From contig JAAOMT010000289.1 in the NCBI GenBank assembly GCA_016748015.1, forward strand, positions 760,470-824,469: a stretch of DNA of 64,000 nucleotides, written 5' to 3'. The notes under the pieces are model-generated. The model did not search any database. It was not told where the DNA came from and was given only the letters and a program-made list of their open reading frames with translations. Position numbers and translations under genes: made by a program. This DNA is from Geosiphon pyriformis uo1 (lineage: Eukaryota; Fungi; Glomeromycota). Numbering within the stretch: the first letter of the stretch is position 1; each line of letters opens with the position of its first letter. Shown here in pieces: positions 55,081 to 64,000 of the stretch.

Positions 55081-56553
55081 ATGCTATTGATATTTTACTT
55101 TAGGATTTATGGAAGACAAAAAAGCTTAATACATCCTAAATTTGAATATATTGAACCCCTTCAGATCAAACTTTTTCCAACGTGGTAAAGTGGATGAATC
55201 TTACTGAGACTCCGCTAAAAAATAATCAATTTACAATCACAAAATAAAGTGCCAATCAACCTTAAAAAGGACCTTTCCCGGTTATTGCATTTTTCGTAAA
55301 TTTTGTGGACTGTCTTGAGCTAGAAAACATTCGCTTAAACATACCTCATTTACAAATAAAAGGCTTTTCTTTTATAAAGTTCAATATTTTAATGTCAAGA
55401 TTATTCTAAATAAATGTTTTAGTGGATGCGCAAGTCTTCAAAACAACTAAAATTAATAACGAGGCTTCTTCCATTTTATTAATAATATTTGTCGGAAAAG
55501 TAAACATTTTTAGTTTTTATGCTTGCTATACTATTTTTTTTATCAAGAAAGAAATTAAATAATATGAATAACTCTTTTTTCCCAACAAGAAATTAACAAA
55601 GCAACAATGGACTTCTAGAAATCCAAAATTAGTGGAACCACAATTTACAGGCCTCCCATTTTATCCCAAGGGGGCGGAACGTGTTGATTCACAAGTGTTA
55701 AAAGATGTAAAACTTCTATTCCCTCAATTAAAAAAAGTTATTCGAAGGTACCTAAGTAACACTTTAGGGTATAGAATCGATGAAATTATGTTTATTGGAC
55801 ATGGCCTTGGTGGAGGTTTGTTACCGAAATTATTTCAGTATTTCAGTATTTCAGTATTTTTAGTAGTCAAAAGTAAACTTCAATTCAAATTTACTTTTCA
55901 ATAATATAAACTGTATTTTCAATATAACAGGATATGCTTCAATTGCTGGTTTTCAGTGGGCACTTGAAAGATATGTAATTATAGTAGAGAAAGAATGGCC
56001 TGATATTGATTTAAGCAAAACTTATCATCAAGTCGTTACTTTTGGAGCTCCGAGAGTTGCAAATAAGGAATTTAGTATATCCCTAAACCAAGTAATCCAG
56101 CATTACCGCTTCACCCATGGAAACGATCATGTTCCACACTTTCCATCGACTTCAATGGGGTGGAACCATTTTGGTATTGAAATATGGATCGAGCCATTAA
56201 ACGGATGTGATTGTCCTGAGGATAATCAAAGCATGTATTGGGATTGCAATCACTCTATGCTTTCAACGGCGGGAACAAGGCAAAGCTGGATTGCTGGGAT
56301 TTATTCTAATGAGAATCAAGTTAGTGTGAAGCTATATGGTTATGTTAATTCTCAGATGTATAGTAAATTTGAAAACTTATCCTTTTTATTTTAGGAATGT
56401 AACGCAGGTCAATCAATAGACAGCACCTCAGATGGAATTTTTCAATATAGGTCTTATTTTAACGTTCAAATTGGTAATTGCGAATCAATCGACAATAATT
56501 TAAAAGTTGAAGAAGCTTTGAAAATATTTGTGAATAAGATTGAACATATCTAG
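55081..56553 (+). CDS. Lipase class 3 (alpha/beta hydrolase)-like gene with a non-catalytic GHGLG motif; 5' exons unresolved, may be a pseudogene
   Basis: FIGHGLGG, VVTFGAPRVAN, RFTHGNDHVPHFP, GWNHFGIEIWI, ECNAGQSI and SYFNV in spliced exons. The upstream frame could not be assembled without a stop. Confidence 0.75.
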
Positions 56554-57390
56554 TTTTATAACTTTATTTATTACAATTTCAGAATTTTTACACTTTAATC
56601 GAGCAAGAATAAAAATCGTTTAAAGGCTAATAGAATCAATTTAATCTGATGTTTGCTTCTTATAATGGCTATTCACTAACTTGAATATATTAATTCGACT
56701 TTAAAATTATTGTTTATGCGTATATTTAATATGGATGTATTTTTGAATCCGCCTATTAGTAGATAAATATCTTTTAAATATTGAAATATTTTCTTTTTCA
56801 GAAAGTAAACACATTTTTACTAATGATCATTACTTGGAAAAATCTTTACAATTCTTTCAATGCTTCTTTATCTCTTAAATATAACCGGGGATAGGAATAA
56901 GGTTTTGTAAGAAAGCAAAGATGATTTGTGTTATGTAGTTATAGGTATTTTAATTAGAAATATTATTTTCACCGGTTCATCAATTATTACTTTCCACTTA
57001 ATCAGGATGTTACCAATGAAATTGTGTATCAAGTAGTATATGCTCAAAATTTTCATTGTACTATAATAACTAAAATTATATGTAGTAATGAAAATCATAA
57101 TGATTGCCCCGAAATTCTTTTATTTTAAATTTATCCTTAGAATTAGCTCTCCAATTTCTAATTTTTATCATGTTAAAATCATTCAGATGGAATCCTAGAA
57201 ATCATATCACTTGGAATTGTGCCCCATAAGATAAAGAAGGTAAACTATCTTCATCATTGATAGGTTCATAATATATAAAATTATCCTTTGTAGAAAATTT
57301 TTCATCTACTATTATTATATCATGGGATCTTTTCACTATCAAAAAGAATTTGGTTAAATTTAGAGAAAGTTTGAGATTTGACTAAAATAA

Positions 57391-59117
57391 TCACTTTACA
57401 TTCTTACCATTTGAATTTTCACTCATTTCAACTAATGCTTTTAACACTTCTTCAATGCTAGGCCGTTGTTCTGGTTGTTCGTCCCAGCAACGCTGATAAA
57501 GTTGCATATATTCGGGAGGAGTTCCCGGTATTGGTTTTTCCCTTTCACCTGTAATTGCTTTATAGGCCACCACATCTTTTGGAAGTCCCCGAAAAGGTGG
57601 AACCCCACTGGATATTTCCCACATTAATACACCAAAACTGAAAATATCTGACCGTTTGTCGCGTATGTAATTGTTTAGATCATTCAAGAATTTGGGCTCA
57701 GTGTAAGCTGCTATACCACCAATAATTGACTTTGATTGGTCGATTGAGACGACTTCAAGATATCGAGAAATCCCAAAGTCTGCGATCACCCATTTCCCAT
57801 CGTCTAGAAGAACATTTTTATGATGCTGCCAAGTAGAAATTATCAATGAATTTGAATTTGAATTTGAAACTGAATTTGAATTTGAATTTGAATTTGAATT
57901 TGAATTTGAATTTAAATTCGAAACCTGAAATTACCAAATCACGATGAGCGATGCCTTCTTTGTGAATACAGCATAAACCGAGTGCTATTTCCGTAGCAAT
58001 TTTAATTCGTCGTTGCCAGGTCAAATTTGAGGAATTCTTTTCCAAGAATGATTTTAATGTTCCTCCATTAGCATATTTCATTACGATACAATACTCATCG
58101 GTATTAGGAACTAGATCAAGTGAAAGAATCGATCATATTTATTATAAGTTAGAACAGTTCCTTCATATTAGCCTAAATTTTAATTCTACATCTACCTACT
58201 TTTACTAACACCACAAAAGCTCACAATATGATGGTGATAGCCGACTTTTTGAAGTAGTTGAATCTTGAAGAAATTTATTTTCATTAAAATGAGATTTTTA
58301 TTTAAAATTTTATAAATCTCTCCCTTTTAAATATCAAAGAATTGAATTCACTCACCTCACTAACTAAAAGTTCAATAGAGCTTTTCCTTTCCAGTGGTTT
58401 GATTATCTTTATAGCTACTTCATATTGCAAACTTTTCCACATAGCTTTTATAACATCACCAAACGCGCCACCTTGAATCGTTTCAACTTGTTCGAAATCC
58501 GAATAATCAATTAATTTAACATGACGATCATCGATCGATTTATTCAACCATTCATTCGCTTTAGAGCTTTTCGTTTGGCACCTTGTAATTGAGATTTCTT
58601 TTTTACTACTATTGATTTCTTTTTTACTACTGTCAATTTCTTTTTTACTACTATTGATTTCTTTTTTGCTATTATTATTTTCTTTTTTATTACCATTAAT
58701 TTCTTTCACAAACTCTGCTAATAGTTCCCATCCAAATGTATAACTATCCATCACACCCTTTACCACATAATAACAGGTACTCGCCACAATTTTATCGTTT
58801 ACTTTCCCCAATTCTTTACATTCATGGGCAGTCTTGAAAATATTTCCAATTGTAGGACTGGCATAAGTATCAAGCTCTTGGCCAAAAGATCGCCATCGTC
58901 GAGTCATCGCTGAACTATCTACCAACCTCACATCAACTGGATCGGTATGAATTAAATATTTTGTCCCGTTATCTGTGGTTACTAATACTCCTAAATGACA
59001 ACCTTGGTTAAGATGGTCACCGTGATCGTCTGATAATGGCTTTGGGTCACCACCCATTAGAATACGTCCCATCGGTTGAAGTTTTATTCCTTTTTTCTGG
59101 AATATCGCTTTCATCAT
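57391..59117 (-). CDS. Tyrosine-kinase-like (TKL) protein kinase with a novel N-terminal domain, 4 exons
   Basis: GGAFGDV, VAIK, MKYANGGTL, HRDL|HHKNVL, DFG, AYTEP, KRSDIFSFGVLMWEISSG, CW..PEQRP. Confidence 0.93.
57848..57918. repeat. (GAATTT)n intronic microsatellite
   Basis: Lies in the kinase intron between HRDL and HHKN. Confidence 0.9.
58587..58690 (-). repeat. Coding 21-bp tandem repeat (KKEINSS)x4-5
   Basis: KKENNNS KKEINSS KKEIDSS KKEINSS KKEIS in ORF 58302-59117. Confidence 0.9.
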
Positions 59118-61340
59118 GGAATAGTAAATTCAAGAAAAAATTTTAACAACGAATCTTACGAAGGTGGGTAAAAAAACTTTAATTTGACTATTTTCAAGGG
59201 TTAAAAGAAATTTATCATGGGAAAAAAATTTTGATCAGAATGAAATTCGTTTCTTTTATGCCAATCGAAAATCCTGACTTAATTGAGATTTATTATTTTT
59301 AGAGATTGAATATTCCAAGAATTTGAACAATTCATTATGGCTAGTTTGTCTCGAATTGAGAACATTCTAAGTTCTGATTTAGGTAATTCTATTGTAAAGA
59401 ATCTAAATAATCGAAGGGAGTCTATTTTCACTCGAATATATAAATTAATATCGAAATATTAACGAAATCAAGATCTTTAAAAAATTTGAATTTTCCACGA
59501 TAACAATCTTGTAAAATTTTTCTCATATTTCAAACCTTTTAATCCCTTATCGAAGGTACAGAATAAAGATATATCTATAATATAATTCCTATTTTTACCA
59601 CAATCTATCCACAAATATGTATTTTCCATATTAAAAATATTCTCTCACTATTTTTTTCTGCATAAATATTAACAGAATACTTTTTCAGCATATTTCACTA
59701 GTTTTTACTTGGGTATTTATAAATTAGAATTGTTTTAAAAAAAATAATCTAACCTGGATAAAATTAGCTTTAAAAGCCTGCACTTTTGAATTTTAGAAAT
59801 AACATCAGAGTTTTTTTTATCAATGATAATTACCTAATTGAAAATACTCAACTATCATAAAAACTGGTCATGTTGTATTACTAAATAGACGCGTAAAGAC
59901 TTAATTTTTCTTATCTTGAAATTAATTTACTTTGTATTTATTTTATTTTTAAATTCTTTATAATAAACCGGTGGAATACTTTCTTTCTAAAAATTCAACT
60001 TAACTAAAAAGATCTTGACGACCACTTTTTCGATTAAAAGTTTTCAGCCATAGTGCTTTCTTTTACTAAAAATTTGTTATTAATTAGATTAGCCTTAGAT
60101 TAACCTTAAATTTATCATAAAGAGTAGAATGTTGTTAAATATAAAAATTATATAGTAAAAATAAAATTGATATAATTTTCCGGTCGTTTCATCCAAAATA
60201 TTGCTTCTTTAAACATAATAAGGAGAGAAATAGATTATTCCTTTAACTTCGGACTATTGTAATATTTCCAAATGATGATCTTATATGACGATTTTGTATA
60301 ACTGAGTTTTTTCAAACTTTTTTTGCTCATTGAATTTAACCAAAATATAAAACAGTGTAATTTAGCTATAATATTGAATTTCTATTAATAAGTTATTTAA
60401 AATAATTTATTAAATTAATAATTAATAAATAAATATAGTACAATTTATAAAAATTAAATTAGTGAATAGAATTTTTTAATATTAAATAATTCATATTTCC
60501 TATTTAAATGACAGGAATTTTCGTAAATCAACCTATTGAAATAAAAATTTGTTAATATTTTATTTATATTGCACAATTAAAATTAAAATTAAAAGATTAA
60601 GTATAACATTTTCTTTTGTATAGCTTTAATTTTTCGTTAAATTTTATTCTTATATTGAAAATTTTCTATTTTAAGTTTATTACCTATTTATTAGCTTCCC
60701 ATTTTTATTTTAAAAAAGTCCATTGAATTAATTATTACCTTGATTATTATATTTTTTGAAATCTTTGAAAAATTGTAATAAATCCTCTGTAAAAATAACT
60801 ATTTCTTACTTTGTCAAGTATTTTTAAAAAATCTATGTAATTTGTCCGAAAGCTTAAAACTATAGTGTCGTTATTATTATTTATCAATAATTGGTTTGAA
60901 TCTACAATGTTTTTGTAAACAATTATAAGCCTCTTCGGAACAAACTAAAGAAGCTAAAAATAAGCTATATATTAGAGGTTTCCACATAAACTGCTTTTTA
61001 CTATTCTTGTATTCGACTGTTAGCAATGCCTATTAGGAATATTGAGAAAAATTCCTAATATTCAAAGCCTCTTTAGAAAGTGTTTTGCAAAGAATAGAAT
61101 TAATAGTCAAAGAAAAATAAAACTTTAAAATTATTATTATAAATTCTACTAAAGAATAAGAATTAGTTGATTTTAAAAAAATCTTTAACTTGTTGACTAT
61201 ATTTCTAACTATTAATTAGACTCTTAAAAATCTAAAGTTCTTGTTTAACATTATTCTCCTTCATAAATAATAACCTGCTCCCAATTTACAAAGAATCCTT
61301 ATAAGTATATGGTCTAATTCAATTTCTAATATTCTCTTCG

Positions 61341-62043
61341 TTAGAGTTCACAAGTATCCTCTTCCACTGGATTAAATGAAACTGGTTTAATCGGCGAAGG
61401 ATTTGGCGGAACAGGTTCCGTTATTGGCGTCGCTTTTGCTTTGCAACCACGGTCACTGTTTGAAAGTTTATTGACTCATTAGAAATTCAATCTTGCCATT
61501 TATACTTTTTCATCTATCATCTTTAAAATAAATTAAAGGCTTCTTTCACTTTTTGAAAACTTACGTTATAACATCCCCTTTCCCAAGTAACTTTCCATTC
61601 TTATATACCTCCAAAGTTTCACAAGCAACATTAGTTCCTGGCCCGTCATTGTCCAAACGCACGTTTGTAAGATCAACTTGAAATGCTGATATACCAGGAC
61701 TATTGATTTGGTAGGTGACATAATCAGAAAGACGAAAACCGGACGGTTTAAATACAATGGTATAATCCGATGGACTACCACCGTCAAATCCAACGTTGAA
61801 TTGTCCATATATTCTAGTAAATCCTTGTGCTAATTGCGTGATCGTAACTCTGCCAATTAAAAGGTCAGCATAGCCTACAATTTGTTCTTGACGACGGTAT
61901 AGTTGATGTCTAGCTACAATCTGTTCCAGGTCTAGAGTTTGGAAGGGAACTGCATGTACCTTTTGAAATTCCTCCAGACAGAAGAGTAATAAGGCTACAT
62001 ATAAGAGAAGAGAGATTGAGCTCTTTAATGTCTTATTTAACAT
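61341..62043 (-). CDS. Small secreted protein paralogue A, SOD-like beta-barrel pattern, with a spliced Pro-rich tail
   Basis: Hydrophobic signal peptide and RR|Q Kex2-type site. Donor AC|GTAAGT at 61564 and acceptor CAG at 61456 give in-frame exon 2 DRGCKAKATPITEPVPPNPSPIKPVSFNPVEEDTCEL*. Confidence 0.8.
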
Positions 62044-62130
62044 TTCTGAAAATTCTTTCAATATCAAAATAGATTCAAGTCCGAAAAATACGTGTAATTC
62101 TTTTTTAAAACATACAACAGCAAAATCGAC

Positions 62131-62156
62131 GATTTTATAGCTTACCATTTTCCAAG
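62131..62156 (-). promoter_or_regulatory. Putative TATA element of paralogue A
   Basis: TTGGAAAATGGTAAGCTATAAAA ~90 nt upstream of the ATG. The same motif precedes paralogue B. Confidence 0.5.
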
Positions 62157-62627
62157 GTCACCTGTTTAAGCCTTGAAAATCGGTTACAGCCCCTTATGCA
62201 ATTCTTAGTTATTTATTTATTAATATGAAACAAATTGAAAAATTACTTATCTGAAACAAGATCTGGAATCTGGTAGTTGTCGACATTAGAAGTGTGGCAT
62301 AAGGTTAAAAATAACATTTTAAGGAAATCTTTTTGATAGGATACTTAAGCCTTACTTTGCAATAGGCTAAGCCTTCATCTAACAATTGTAGATTTCAGGC
62401 AGAGTTTTAAAAATCAATAAATTAGCTCGCTTTTTGATTCATGTAAAATTTTTCTGAAGAGGGAATCGACTATTAAAGATTTACTATGCATCATATATCA
62501 TAAAATTTCCGATATATTGAGAGATAAATATTAAGTCTCATTGAGAATGAAAGAAATCAATGAATGGGAATGTTTAGTTTAGAATTTAACAAGGATTATT
62601 TTATCCAAAAGCATTAAATATTATCTA

Positions 62628-62696
62628 ATAGTAAATAGTAAATAGTAAATAGTAAATAGTAAATAGTAAATAGTAAATATGAAATAGTAAATATGA
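62628..62696. repeat. (AGTAAAT)n minisatellite
   Basis: Direct reading. Confidence 0.9.
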
Positions 62697-62957
62697 AAAT
62701 AAAAATGAAAATAATAAAGTTATCGTATAAATCACTTATTCACAAGAAATTTAATATAAATAACAAATTTACCCCAAAGACATTCAATTAATAAAAGGAA
62801 GCAGGAATGATCATTTCTAAATATTTTTGATGGTTTGTTATATTAAAATCTTTTAGGGAATCTATTGAAAGTTAAAAGATTTTGTTTAATATCTAGGTAT
62901 TAGATGATATTTTAAAATAATTAAATATTTAGCAAACCTCAAAAAACCAAATTTTCA

Positions 62958-63008
62958 CCTTTTGCCCTTTGCCCTTTGCCTTTGCCTTTGCCTTTGCCTT
63001 TGCCCTTT
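62958..63008. repeat. (CCTTTG)n microsatellite
   Basis: Direct reading. Confidence 0.9.
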
Positions 63009-63389
63009 AAATATTCATTTTTTTTTTACAGCTTCCGAATAAAATTTCTTTTTCTAATGCATGTAACTTTAATTAAATCTGCAACTTTAATTAAATCTGA
63101 TATTCACATCATAGTGGTTAAATAGAATTCAACTTTAAGCAGCAAGTAAATAAGCTTACTTTATCCTAAAAAATAGATTAAATAGGTTTTAATCAAAAGC
63201 AAAAGGAAAGGCTGATATCTCAAATTTTCTACGCCTTTCCTTAATCATAAGTCGACCGCTTATTTGATGGAACTTCAAGATCCCAATTTATTAAATTTAA
63301 CTTTTCAACTTGTGACTATATATACAACTTGATATTTATTAAACATCTTTACAAATAATATTATAAAAATAACATTTAAAGTTTGCTAT

Positions 63390-63818
63390 CTAGATTGAAA
63401 CAACATTTCCGCTACCAATAAGAGCATTATTTCTATAAACACTCAAGATATCACCAGCGACATTGACTCCAGGTCCATTGTTATCAAGACGAAGATCGGT
63501 GACATCAACTTGGAAAGCCGAGGTACCCCCGTTCAAGATTGAGTAATTAATCTTATTCGAAAGACTATAACCACTTTTTGCAAATACAATACTATAACTA
63601 GATGTGCTGCCCTGGAACCCGGTATTGAATTGACCATAGATTCGGGTGTAACCTTGAGCAAGTTGAGTAATGGTAACACGTCCTCCCAATAAATCGGCAT
63701 AAGCGACAATTTGGTTTTGACGACGTACAAGTGGGCTTGAGTGAGTAAGAGTGGTAAGACAGAGAATTGCCAATACCACATATAGGATGAGAGTTGAGAT
63801 TGAGATTTTTCCAGACAT
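63390..63818 (-). CDS. Small secreted protein paralogue B, SOD-like beta-barrel pattern
   Basis: Signal peptide and LVRR|QNQIVAYADL. The mature region is closely similar to paralogue A (GRVTITQLAQG.TRIYGQFN.GF, SAFQVD, RLDN.GPG.NVA). Confidence 0.88.
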   Translation of the reverse strand: MSGKISISTLILYVVLAILCLTTLTHSSPLVRRQNQIVAYADLLGGRVTITQLAQGYTRIYGQFNTGFQGSTSSYSIVFAKSGYSLSNKINYSILNGGTSAFQVDVTDLRLDNNGPGVNVAGDILSVYRNNALIGSGNVVSI

Positions 63819-63933
63819 TTTGTTTAGATATATTTTTTGAGACTCGTTAATGTGTTTGTGTATCCTTTGTTTGTAGAATGAAAGTTAACTTTGTGAAAGT
63901 GAAGAAAGAAAGTAGAGTTCGGGAAAGTGGAAT

Positions 63934-63960
63934 CTTTTATAGCTTTAAAAATTTCCAAAT
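63934..63960 (-). promoter_or_regulatory. Putative TATA element of paralogue B
   Basis: TTGGAAATTTTTAAAGCTATAAAAG ~115 nt upstream of the ATG. Confidence 0.5.
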
Positions 63961-64000
63961 TCCTGGAGTAAATTAAGGGCGGCTTAGTTACTAGATCTTT

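Noticed and set aside
57818-57935. Poly-(FK) peptide at the end of ORF 57818-58081
   Set aside because: It is the translation of an intronic (AAATTC)n microsatellite. Splicing restores HRDL-HHKN.
62044-62148. N-terminal extension of ORF 61561-62148
   Set aside because: The signal peptide and paralogue alignment begin at Met 62043, and the extension overlaps the putative TATA element.

Overview
Eukaryotic, intron-rich fungal DNA. The TKL kinase, lipase-3 and LINE content suggest Glomeromycota, possibly Geosiphon-like; this is inference from recognition, not a database search. Compact gene islands (about 12.1-16.7, 30.0-38.1 and 55-64 kb) alternate with extremely AT-rich repeat blocks. Genes: a PHAF1/UPF0183 homologue, TOM40, an RPA34-like Pol I subunit, CRIPT, an F-box/ankyrin-like protein, two Myb/SANT proteins, a lipase-3-like gene lacking its catalytic Ser, a TKL kinase with an unusual N-terminal domain, and two paralogous small secreted proteins with a metal-free Cu/Zn-SOD-like pattern. 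Repeat blocks hold two full-length but inactivated LINEs (ORF1 plus APE-RT-RNaseH ORF2), several truncated LINEs and a ~1.92 kb tandem repeat. Two observations stand out. First, a multi-copy ~2.3 kb ORF1-only retroelement with its own target-site duplication (TSD), poly(A) and the LINE's structured 3' end, i.e. a HAL1 (half-LINE)-like parasite. Second, repeats, but not genes, decay almost entirely by C>T/G>A transitions in CpA, CpG and CpC contexts until they become AT 'deserts', a RIP-like or methylation-driven process. Exon boundaries were read by eye and need RNA-seq confirmation.
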